Below are positions 8,335 through 17,467 of a stretch of DNA of 64,000 bases, piece after piece (the stretch's first letter is position 1; each line of letters starts with the position of its first letter). Origin of the DNA: Candidatus Latescibacterota bacterium (GTDB lineage Bacteria; Latescibacterota; UBA2968; GCA-2709665); NCBI GenBank assembly GCA_965208835.1, contig OZ242358.1, positions 704,001 through 768,000 on the forward strand. Reading direction: 5' to 3'. Under the pieces are notes generated by a model, which worked only from the letters and a program-made list of their open reading frames with translations, did not search any database and was not told the DNA's origin. The position numbers and the translations under genes were made by a program.

Positions 8335-11300
8335 ATGGCATTCTCACCTGCGATTCATGAAACGGATCTTGGGCTGGGGGTCTGTATTTCGGCGCCTGCG
8401 GGGGATTCCTACCAGAATGCGGCCGGCAGTCTGAAGGCGGTCCTCGAGGATACCATTTCGGGGCGCGTGGACGTGCTGCCGGACGATAAACTGGATGCAG
8501 ACGGCCGGCACGTGATCGCGCTGGGGAACATGATGGACAGCGCGTTCCTGCGAACCCTCTACTTCCGGGCTTACGACCTGACCGACCGCGTGTGGCCGGG
8601 TCCCGGCGGGCGGGTGGTGCGCACAATGCCCCATTCGTTGGCAGAAGTGGGGCACGTTGTGGTGGCGGGCGCGAGCAGCGCGGAGGACATTGGCGATGCG
8701 GCCGGGGCGCTGGGTCGTTCGATAGCGGAAGGTGGACCGATACTGCCGTTCCAATATCAGGTAGATCCGGGCACATGGTCCGATCTGTACGTGGAGCCGG
8801 CGAATGAGTTGCTGGCCAAGAGCAACCGGGACATCGAGCAGGAATCCATCGGCGGAGGATCGGGTGACTGGACCTATATGATGGTTATCGCCGATATCGG
8901 GATGCTCGCGGTGCAGACGGGAAACGACAGGTTGATGTCGATGTTCTGCCATCAGATCCGCCACTTCGCCCGCACGCGCTGGTTCGAGCGGACGCTGGAG
9001 GACCCCACGTTGATCCACGGGTTCATCCGCGTGCTTCTGCTGCCGTTCACGATTCTTGAAAACCATCCCTCGCTTCCCGCCGAACAGCGGGAGGAGACGC
9101 TCGAAACGCTGCTGGGACTCTTCAGGTCCGCGGAGGGTGCAGGCAATGCCGGACTGTTGAGTTGCGTGGGCGTGGACCGGGTGCGCCAGAACCATCAGAC
9201 CCGTTCCGCGCTCGATCTGTTTTACGGAGGCCGGTATTTCCACCAGGTACACGGGCTCGCAGAGGGGTTGGCGTGGATGAAGCTGGCGGAGGTCTTCTTT
9301 GCGCCGCAGATGGGATCGAACAAGCCGGTGTGCGACTCGTGGGGCCATCAATGGGGGGCCTCTCTGTTCAACACGGCTGACTACGCGCTGGCGGCAGGGA
9401 AGATGGAATACTTTTCGAGCCCGCCCTACCTGGAGGGCGTGGACCGTGCGCTCATGGCACACAGCAACCTGGAACGAGGACCCGAACAATACTGCCGTAT
9501 GGCCGCGGCGGTAACGGGCAATGACGAATACCTGCAGCTTTGTGAATCCATTGACGAAGGCGCGGCGGCGGAACGGACCATTCGAGGCGCCGAGGAGCCC
9601 CTGCGGACCTGGGTGACCGGGCGACGGGCGGCGGTGCCGGAACGGTTGGGCCGGGTCGGCGTGGCCCCCCTGTCGCGATTGTTCTACGATTCTCTCGAAG
9701 AATACACCACGTTTGCGCCGGTGAACGGCATCTATCTGAGGAATCTGCCCTACGAACAGACGTTCGACAAGGTGTTCTTCCGTTCCGGATGGACGGACCA
9801 GGACGACTATCTTCTGCTGGACGGGATCTCGGGGGGCTCGCACTCCTATCAGGACGGCAACTGCATCGTGCGTTACACCAGCCGCGGCGCCTCCTGGTTC
9901 AGGTTTGCCGGAGGCCACCAGCCAGCGACGGTCCGGGACTACACGGGCGTGAGCGTATCCGTAGACGGCGCCGGCCCGGGGTGCGAGTCCAGGTACGCGG
10001 CCCTGCGGTACCTGCACGAAGGGCAGAACCTTGCCGCGGCAGGCACGTCGATGACCTATCCTGAGCAGGGCGACTGGTACCGGCATATCGTGTACAGCCG
10101 TGACGGGTGGTTTCTGGTGATCGACGAGGTGTGGCCCGTGGTGGCGGGAGAGTTTCTCGTGGAGTGTCGGTGGCACGTTCTGGGCGACGCGACCCTGACA
10201 GACGGCCGGTTGCAGTCGGTTCAGGGCGACGCGCAACTGAACATGCGCCACGCGGGGAGCGGGCGCCAGGAACTGGCGGCATCGGACTACTGGTGCGCGG
10301 AAGACCATTCGCGGTGGGTCCAGCGTTCCCTGGCGGCGCTCCGGCCTGGAACGGGGACCCGGATGGCGACGCTGTTCTGGACCGACCCGCTGGGTGATGG
10401 CAGGCATTTCAGTCTGGTCGAGGAGAAGAACGGTTATCTCGTCGAAGGGGGCCGCGAGCCCGTCACGGTTGCACTTACGGAGACCGCTGAAACCCCGGAG
10501 GTTTCTGCATCCGTCGCAACGCTGCCCACGGCCGGTCGGGTTGCGGATGGGTCGGATTCCGCGCCATTTCAGATTGCCGGCGGCAAAGCGAAGCCCGTCT
10601 GGCGAACCCGGTGTGCGGATGCCGTGACGGCGCTGGATATCGGAACGGACAAATGGTTCGGCGGCGACGGCGGCGGGCTGACAGCGTTTAATTCTAACGG
10701 CGATCAACTGTGGAAACGCGAGATCGACGGCGGCGTCTGCGCCATTGCGGCCATGGACGATGGCGGCGCTGCCGCGGGCGGCGGCGGGGAAACCGTACAC
10801 CGGCTGGATGCATCGGGAGAAACCCTCTGGTCCTATCGGATCGAATGGCAGCCGATGAACTGGGACAGCTGGTCCAGGAAGAACTGCGTGGTTTTGAGCC
10901 TCGCGTCGGGCGACATCGACGGCGACGGACGGGAGGAGATTCTGGCGGGGTGCGCCGACCGTCACGTATACGCATTCGACCACGGGGGCAGCCTGCTCTG
11001 GCGTTCCCCCTGCCAGTGGGGACCGCCGGTGTGTCTGGATACCGCGCGGCTGACAGATGGGCCGGAGCGGGAGACGCTCGCCGGCCTGGCGGACCCGGCC
11101 ATTCACGGGCACACGCTGGTTTTCGGGAAGGACGGGACGCTCTGGAAGCCCCTTAGGAGGCCGGACATCGTCAGCTGGTCGATTCCCTCCTGGTCGCGCT
11201 GCCTGCGCGTAGCGGACCTGAACGGGGACGGCCGGGACGAAGTGATCAGCGGGGTGGATACCAATCACCGTCAGTTGATCGTCTACGGGCGGGACGGCGA

Positions 11301-11649
11301 GGTGATCTGGGACGCGGACGCGGGCGGCGCCGTGCTCGCCGCGGAGGTCCGGGACGGACGCCTGTATGCCGGGGCGTCCAACGGTTTCGTGCAGTGCTTC
11401 GACGCCGCCGGCAGCCGCCTGTGGCGGCGGCTTCTCGTAGAGCCCGTGGCCGGCCTGGCGCCGGCTGGAGATGGAGGATGCCTGGCGGCACTGAGAGGCG
11501 GGCGCGTGGTGTACCTCGACGGCTCCGGAGAGATCCGGACGACTGACGCCGGGGAGTCTGAAGCGACGGTTACAGACTGGACATCCGGCTGGCCGGAAGG
11601 GGGACTGCTGGTGGGCCGAAAGGATGGCGCGCTCGAACTCTTCCGGTAG
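8335..11649 (+). CDS. Lyase-like (RQNH helical + heparinase II/III-like) protein with C-terminal FG-GAP/PQQ-like beta-propeller, paralog 1
   Basis: VIALGNMMDS N-domain, VRQNHQT, FDKVFFRSGW...YLLLDGISGGSHSYQDGNCI, RHIV...WFLVIDEV...ECRWH, then GDIDGDGREEILAG, DLNGDGRDEVISG and repeated G..LW motifs. No signal peptide. Confidence 0.85.
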   Translation: MAFSPAIHETDLGLGVCISAPAGDSYQNAAGSLKAVLEDTISGRVDVLPDDKLDADGRHVIALGNMMDSAFLRTLYFRAYDLTDRVWPGPGGRVVRTMPHSLAEVGHVVVAGASSAEDIGDAAGALGRSIAEGGPILPFQYQVDPGTWSDLYVEPANELLAKSNRDIEQESIGGGSGDWTYMMVIADIGMLAVQTGNDRLMSMFCHQIRHFARTRWFERTLEDPTLIHGFIRVLLLPFTILENHPSLPAEQREETLETLLGLFRSAEGAGNAGLLSCVGVDRVRQNHQTRSALDLFYGGRYFHQVHGLAEGLAWMKLAEVFFAPQMGSNKPVCDSWGHQWGASLFNTADYALAAGKMEYFSSPPYLEGVDRALMAHSNLERGPEQYCRMAAAVTGNDEYLQLCESIDEGAAAERTIRGAEEPLRTWVTGRRAAVPERLGRVGVAPLSRLFYDSLEEYTTFAPVNGIYLRNLPYEQTFDKVFFRSGWTDQDDYLLLDGISGGSHSYQDGNCIVRYTSRGASWFRFAGGHQPATVRDYTGVSVSVDGAGPGCESRYAALRYLHEGQNLAAAGTSMTYPEQGDWYRHIVYSRDGWFLVIDEVWPVVAGEFLVECRWHVLGDATLTDGRLQSVQGDAQLNMRHAGSGRQELAASDYWCAEDHSRWVQRSLAALRPGTGTRMATLFWTDPLGDGRHFSLVEEKNGYLVEGGREPVTVALTETAETPEVSASVATLPTAGRVADGSDSAPFQIAGGKAKPVWRTRCADAVTALDIGTDKWFGGDGGGLTAFNSNGDQLWKREIDGGVCAIAAMDDGGAAAGGGGETVHRLDASGETLWSYRIEWQPMNWDSWSRKNCVVLSLASGDIDGDGREEILAGCADRHVYAFDHGGSLLWRSPCQWGPPVCLDTARLTDGPERETLAGLADPAIHGHTLVFGKDGTLWKPLRRPDIVSWSIPSWSRCLRVADLNGDGRDEVISGVDTNHRQLIVYGRDGEVIWDADAGGAVLAAEVRDGRLYAGASNGFVQCFDAAGSRLWRRLLVEPVAGLAPAGDGGCLAALRGGRVVYLDGSGEIRTTDAGESEATVTDWTSGWPEGGLLVGRKDGALELFR

Positions 11650-11856
11650 ACTCAATTCCAGAAAAAGCAACGCCGCGCCGCCGGGAATCCATCCGAAACG
11701 GGTCGAAATGGTCGTCCGGAAGGATGTATCTTCCGTTCACGTCAAGTCACCTGAAGTTTCCTGGCAATCCGACGTCAAATCGCCTCTATCCGCTTGCCTG
11801 TATTCGACTTTGCGTCCCGGAAGAAGTGACGAATCAATGCTGTCAGACTCGACCTC

Positions 11857-13833
11857 CTATTGCTGGTCCAACACAATCACACCGCAACCGATACGCGCGC
11901 CGGCATTGCCCGAGGGTTGTGAGACGAAATCATCCGCGCCCGCATGGACGACGATCGCCTTGCCGATGACATCAATCGTTGAGCCGGTATCGATCTCCCA
12001 GAGATTCGTCGTTAATTCGATTCCGCCTGCGCCCTGGTCATTGACACTCGCATTGCCAATGTCGCCGAGGTGGAATTCACCTTCGCCCCATTTGCCGTGC
12101 GCAACGCCCGTGGGATTCCAATGCCCCCCGGCCGATGTCCCGTCCTGCGCACTGCAATCGCCCTTTGCGTGGATATGGACGGCGTGTTCGCCCGGGGACG
12201 CATTCGCCAGCGAAACCACCAGTTGGATGTTTTCGCCAAATTGTGTGAAAGTCGCTTTTCCGGACAATCCGCTGTCATTCGTCTCGCCGATTATCGCGGT
12301 CGCAACCGCGGCAGGCGTTGGATCGAAAACCACAAGTGCGCCGTTCTTGACAGTCAATACCGTCGGGTTGTAGACCCCGTCGCCAACGTTATCGAAAGAA
12401 AACGGACCCAAAACCGTGTCGAAATTCCGAATATTGCGCAACGCATCCCGAATATCTTCGGATTCCGGAGTCTCAGATCCCGATGCAGAGCGGGCATCTG
12501 AAATTGCTTGCGTCAAGATATAAACACTGGCGTAGGATTGTGCGGCAATCACATTGGGTTCAACCCCGTATCTTGACGTATAATTCTCGACGAAGGCGCG
12601 ATTACCAGGTGTATCGGCCATGCTGCTCCAGGCCGTAAACGCAATAACACCCTCGGCAGCGACGCCTGCACGCTTTATGCCGTCTGACGTCAGCACCGAA
12701 GACGTGATAAAGGGAACCTCGGCAGGAATACCGACTTGCCGTCCCTGAATCAGAATATCAGCCATGTCTACAGCTTGAGAAGAAATAAAGACGGCATCCG
12801 GATTCAACGCTCTTATCCGAGTCAGTTGCGCGGAAACATCGGCATCGGCGGTCTGGAAAGTCTCTGTCGTCACAATGTCAACGCCGCCTTCCGTGAGCGC
12901 GTTCCGAATGACCTCGTCGCTGCTTCGGGAAAAAACATCCGCGTCATCGAATATCGTCGCCACCTGCTTGTAGCCGAGCGCCTCCCGCGTCTTCTCGATG
13001 CCGCCGGGCACGTACCGATCTACGGTGAGACTCGCGCGAAAGAGAAAGTCCCCCATCTCACTGATACCTCGTGCGGCAGAAGTCGGACCGAGTGCCACAA
13101 CACGGTTTTCTTGCGCGATGGGAAAGGCCGCCACGGCCTGACTTGAAGTACGAGGACCGAGAATGGCGAGGACGCCATCTCGATGAATCAGCTTCTTAAA
13201 AGCCTCAACGGCACCATCTATCGTGCTGCGGCTATCTTCAATGATGAACTCGAATCTCGGCTCACCGTGCGCGTTATTGATCTCTTCAAGAGCCATTTCA
13301 GACGCGTTTCTCATTGGCGGACGGGGCGAACTGAACACACCGCTCAGATGCGGAACAAGACCGATGGCAATCACACCTATCCTGGATGATCGCGCCACCC
13401 GCGCCTTTCCGCCAACGGGCAACGCGACCAATGTCCTGTAACCATCATTGACCGGGATGCTGGACCAGTGGCCCGTCACGGCGCCATCCTGAGACGCGCG
13501 CGCTTGAAAATAACCCGTCGCCGGACTGGATATCTCCACTGTAACGCGCCCCTTGGCATCGGTCGTTCCCGACCACCGATAATCCGGCTTCCGCCCGGCA
13601 ATGGAACGCGCAAATTCGACCATCACATGTGCCGCGGGCGCGCCATCTCGCGACACAGACGCCTCCACCAGTGCCCCAGATGCACGACCATCGCCCGCTG
13701 CCGCCACCTTGCTCAGCGCGCGGCCAATCCGGTCATCCGACCCGGAAGACTCCAAAACGCGTTCGCGGCCGCAACTCCATGCAAGACCTGCGGCAAGAGC
13801 GACCATCATGACACTGCGAATCCTGTGCGACAT
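11857..13833 (-). CDS. Lipoprotein: N-terminal Ig-like module + LivJ-type (Peripla_BP_6) substrate-binding domain + C-terminal Cu/Zn superoxide dismutase
   Basis: Lipobox LAWSC. SBP motifs IGLVPHLSG, ALEEINN, ILGPRTSS, FLFRASL, IRALNPDAVF, TVLGPFSFD. SodC domain HAVHIH..GDCS..SAGGHWNP..HG..HLGDIGN..AIVVHAGADD..GNAGARIGCGVI. Confidence 0.88.
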   Translation of the reverse strand: MSHRIRSVMMVALAAGLAWSCGRERVLESSGSDDRIGRALSKVAAAGDGRASGALVEASVSRDGAPAAHVMVEFARSIAGRKPDYRWSGTTDAKGRVTVEISSPATGYFQARASQDGAVTGHWSSIPVNDGYRTLVALPVGGKARVARSSRIGVIAIGLVPHLSGVFSSPRPPMRNASEMALEEINNAHGEPRFEFIIEDSRSTIDGAVEAFKKLIHRDGVLAILGPRTSSQAVAAFPIAQENRVVALGPTSAARGISEMGDFLFRASLTVDRYVPGGIEKTREALGYKQVATIFDDADVFSRSSDEVIRNALTEGGVDIVTTETFQTADADVSAQLTRIRALNPDAVFISSQAVDMADILIQGRQVGIPAEVPFITSSVLTSDGIKRAGVAAEGVIAFTAWSSMADTPGNRAFVENYTSRYGVEPNVIAAQSYASVYILTQAISDARSASGSETPESEDIRDALRNIRNFDTVLGPFSFDNVGDGVYNPTVLTVKNGALVVFDPTPAAVATAIIGETNDSGLSGKATFTQFGENIQLVVSLANASPGEHAVHIHAKGDCSAQDGTSAGGHWNPTGVAHGKWGEGEFHLGDIGNASVNDQGAGGIELTTNLWEIDTGSTIDVIGKAIVVHAGADDFVSQPSGNAGARIGCGVIVLDQQ

Positions 13834-14084
13834 AACGACTCCTTATCTATGGACCTGAAGAACGGTTTGAGGTGGTTTCTATGCCCGGGTCATTGTATTT
13901 TGATTGCACAAAATCACCGTAACGCGATGAAATAGACGGATACACCCGTGAAAGTACAAGATAACGGTCACAGGGCTGCGATCGCAAGTCTTTCAGGCAA
14001 TCGGGAAGAAACCGCGTTCGACTCAGGCGCGCCGATCACGACGACACGTTTGCATCCGCGGCCGCGCGCAGAAAGGATTGCGAT

Positions 14085-17000
14085 ATGATCTTCCGCAAAC
14101 CTGTTCACGCGACGGATCTCACTGCCGGCGTCTGTATTTCGTCGCCCGGTGACGAGCCGTATCAGGCCGCTGCGAAGCGCCTTCAGGCGGCCCTGCACGG
14201 TGTGCTTTCGGAAAGCGTTGAAATCCTGCCGGACGCGCGGCTCGATTCGGGCGGGCGTCACGTAATCGCGTTGGGGAACATGATGGACAGCGCGTTCCTG
14301 AAGACGCTGTATTTCCGGGCATTCGATCTGACGGACCGGGTCTGGCCGGGCCCCGGCGGGTGGGCGATCCGTACCGCGCCGCACTCCCTGGACGACGCGG
14401 GGCACGTGGTGGTCGTGGGCGTGAGCGGCGCGGAGGACGTTACCGGGGCGGCGGATGCCCTCGGCAACACCATCGCCGAGGCGGGTATCACGCTTCCGTT
14501 CCAGTACCGCGTGCAGCCGGGGAGGTGGTCGGATCTGTATCTGAGGCCGGCGCGGGAGCGGCTGGAGGCCGGCGACACCCACCTGGAGCGGGAATATACG
14601 AGCGGGGCGGGCGACTGGACCTATATGCGCGCGATCGGGGACATCGGGATGCTGGCGGTCCGGACCGGGCAGGAGGCGTTGATGGAGATGTTCTGCCGGC
14701 AGGTCTGCCAATTTGCGCGTACGCGGTGGTTTGAGCGCCATCTGCCGGACCCTCCGCAGATTCACGGGTTCCTGAGGACCATGCTGCTTCCGTTCACGAT
14801 TCTGGAAAACCATCCGTCCATCCCTGCAGAAATGCGAGAGGAAACCCTGGACGCCCTCCTGGCGCTGTACCGATCGGGGGAAGGGGCCGGGAACAACGGA
14901 TTTCTGAGCCACGTCGGAGTGAAAAGGGTTCGGCAGAACCACCAGACCCGGTCGGCGCTGGACCTCTTTTACGGGGGACGGTATTTCCACCAGGTGCATG
15001 GGTTGGCCGAAGGCAGGGCGTGGATGAAGCTTGCGGAGGTCTTTTTTGCGCCGCAGATGACGTCCAACAAGCCCGTGTGCGACTCGTGGGGCCATCAGTG
15101 GGCCGCTTCATTGTTCAATACCGCGGATTTTGCGCTGGCGTCGGGGCGGTTGGATTACGTTTCGAGCAAGCCGTTCCTGGAGGGCGTGGACAGGGCGCTG
15201 ATTGCGCACAGCAACCTGGAACGAGGCCCGCAGCAGTACTTTCTGATGGCCGCGACGGCCACGGGGAACGATGAATACCTGCACCCCTGCGGCGTCTCGG
15301 ATGAGGATGCCCTGGCCGAACGAACCATAAAGGGACCGGAGGAACCGCTTCGGGCGTGGGTGACGGGGCGCCGGGCGCTGTCGCCGGAGAGGCTGGGACG
15401 GGTGGGTGTGGCGCCGCTCTCGCGGCTGTTCTATGATTCGCTCGAGGGTTCCAGCGGGTTTGCGCCCGAGGGCGTGTATCTGCGCGACGTGCCGTTCGAG
15501 CAGGCATTCGATAAGGTATTCTTCCGGTCCGGCTGGTCGGATGACGACGACTATCTGCTGTTGGATGGCATCTCGGGCGGGTCTCATTCGTATCAGGACG
15601 GCAACTGTATTGTGCGGTATACGGCGCGGGGACGGAACTGGTTCGGAGATCGCGTGGGTCCGGCCTCGGTGCGTGACCACAACGGAGTGAACATCGCAGT
15701 GGACGGGGCGGGCCCCGGACGCGAGTCCCGATACGCCGCCTTGAAATACGTGGAGGAGGGTGAAGCGTTTTCGGTGGCGGGCACTTCGATGCGATATCCC
15801 GGTCAGGGCGACTGGTATCGCCATATCGTATACGGCAGAGCGGGGTGGTTTCTCGTGGTGGACGAAATTTGGGCGCAGGCGGCGGGAGAGTTCCTGGTTG
15901 AGGGCCGCTGGCACGTGCTTGGAGTGGCAACGCTGTCGGATGGGTTCCTGCGCTCGGTCCAGGGGAATGCGATACTGAATATGCGGCACGCTGGAAGCGC
16001 TTCGCAGGATCTGGTGCGGGTGACTTCGGCCCTGGAAAAGGGCGGTATGCGATGGATCCAGCGCTCGTTGAGGACGCTTCAGCCGGGCGAAGGCGTGAGG
16101 TACGCGACCCTTTTCTGGAGTGACGATCAGGAGCAGGCCCGGTCGTACACGCTGGAACCGGAGGGGTCGGGCTATCGCATCGAGGGGCAGGGCAGGACGG
16201 AGACGGTTTCGTTCGCGGCGGAAAGCGAGGGCCCGAACCTGGAAGCCGATGCAGCCGTACTCCCAACGGCAGGCAGCATCGTCGAAACAACGGATCCGCG
16301 GCCGTTTGGCATCGCAAAGGGCGACGCGACGCCGGTGTGGCGCGGCGCATGCGGCGGAGCGGTGGCGTCGGTCGATGCGTGGGAGGGGGGCTGCTTCGCA
16401 GGCGACGACAGAGGAGGCATCACAGCGTTCGACCTGAACGGCGGTATACGATGGACCCATTCGATATCGGGAGGCGTCCGGACGGTGCTGGCCCTTGCCG
16501 ACGGCGGGGTCGTGGCCGGCGGGGAGGCGGAAGCCGTACACCGGCTGGACGGATCGGGCCGTGAGGTATGGTCCTGTCAACTCGAGTGGCAGCCGATGAA
16601 CTGGGACTACTGGACGTGGCTGAACTGCAAGGTGCTGAGCCTGGCGGCCGGCGATATTGACGGCGACGGGAAAGACGAGATTCTGGCCGGATGCGCGGAC
16701 CGCCACGTCTACGCGTTTAACGAGGATGGCTCGCTGCTGTGGCGCTCCGCCTGCCAGTGGGGTCCGCCCACGTGCTTGGCGGTGGCGCGGCTGCGGCAAG
16801 GGGACCGACGTCAGGTGCTGGCGGGGATGGCGGACCCGTCGATTCACGGATGCGTCCGGGTATTCGAATCAGACGGGGCGTGTGAGCAGACGCTGTCGCG
16901 GCCGGATATCATGAGCTGGTCGATTCCGTCGTGGTCGAAGTGCCTCGACGTGGCGGACGTAGACGGGGATGGATGGGAGGAAGTACTCAGTGGCGTGGAT

Positions 17001-17390
17001 ACCAACCACCGTCAGTTGATCGTGTATCGCAGGGATGGGAAGGTGTTGTGGGATGCGGACGTCGGTGGTGCTGTCGTGTCGGTCAACGCCAGTGAGGGTC
17101 GGGTGTACGCGGGGGCATCCAACGGATTTGCGCAGTGTTTCGCGGCGGACGGCACACGCCTGTGGAGCCGGTTTCTGGACGAACCGGTGGTCGGGCTGGC
17201 CCCGCGTGGAGATGGTGGGTCTCTGGCGGCCCTGGGAGGCGGAACGGTCGTCGGTCTGGACGGATCCGGAGCGGTCCGTACGACGCACACCGGGAATCCG
17301 GACGCAACGGCGGCTGACTGGGCATCCGCGTGGCCGGACGGCGGCCTGCTGGTGGGACGGAACGATGGCGCGCTGGAATGCTACCGGTAG
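14085..17390 (+). CDS. Lyase-like/beta-propeller protein, paralog 2
   Basis: Colinear with 8335..11649 and shares RQNHQT, GGSHSYQDGN and GDIDGDGKDEILAG. RBS AAAGGA. Confidence 0.85.
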   Translation: MIFRKPVHATDLTAGVCISSPGDEPYQAAAKRLQAALHGVLSESVEILPDARLDSGGRHVIALGNMMDSAFLKTLYFRAFDLTDRVWPGPGGWAIRTAPHSLDDAGHVVVVGVSGAEDVTGAADALGNTIAEAGITLPFQYRVQPGRWSDLYLRPARERLEAGDTHLEREYTSGAGDWTYMRAIGDIGMLAVRTGQEALMEMFCRQVCQFARTRWFERHLPDPPQIHGFLRTMLLPFTILENHPSIPAEMREETLDALLALYRSGEGAGNNGFLSHVGVKRVRQNHQTRSALDLFYGGRYFHQVHGLAEGRAWMKLAEVFFAPQMTSNKPVCDSWGHQWAASLFNTADFALASGRLDYVSSKPFLEGVDRALIAHSNLERGPQQYFLMAATATGNDEYLHPCGVSDEDALAERTIKGPEEPLRAWVTGRRALSPERLGRVGVAPLSRLFYDSLEGSSGFAPEGVYLRDVPFEQAFDKVFFRSGWSDDDDYLLLDGISGGSHSYQDGNCIVRYTARGRNWFGDRVGPASVRDHNGVNIAVDGAGPGRESRYAALKYVEEGEAFSVAGTSMRYPGQGDWYRHIVYGRAGWFLVVDEIWAQAAGEFLVEGRWHVLGVATLSDGFLRSVQGNAILNMRHAGSASQDLVRVTSALEKGGMRWIQRSLRTLQPGEGVRYATLFWSDDQEQARSYTLEPEGSGYRIEGQGRTETVSFAAESEGPNLEADAAVLPTAGSIVETTDPRPFGIAKGDATPVWRGACGGAVASVDAWEGGCFAGDDRGGITAFDLNGGIRWTHSISGGVRTVLALADGGVVAGGEAEAVHRLDGSGREVWSCQLEWQPMNWDYWTWLNCKVLSLAAGDIDGDGKDEILAGCADRHVYAFNEDGSLLWRSACQWGPPTCLAVARLRQGDRRQVLAGMADPSIHGCVRVFESDGACEQTLSRPDIMSWSIPSWSKCLDVADVDGDGWEEVLSGVDTNHRQLIVYRRDGKVLWDADVGGAVVSVNASEGRVYAGASNGFAQCFAADGTRLWSRFLDEPVVGLAPRGDGGSLAALGGGTVVGLDGSGAVRTTHTGNPDATAADWASAWPDGGLLVGRNDGALECYR

Positions 17391-17467
17391 GCGATGAGCA
17401 CGCCCGTCCACACATGTGAATTCACCCTCTGTGGTATCAAAGTCTTACACGGAGAAAGGATTGCGAT

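Noticed and set aside
10600-11649. PQQ-dependent dehydrogenase or BamB call for the propeller proteins
   Set aside because: Only generic Trp-docking repeats are present, with no quinoprotein catalytic motifs or lipoprotein signal, and the propeller is a minority C-terminal domain.
8344-11670. 1108-aa antisense ORF spanning lyase paralog 1
   Set aside because: Shadow ORF caused by high-GC codon bias. It has no motifs, and the equivalent frame is broken by stops in paralogs 2 and 3.
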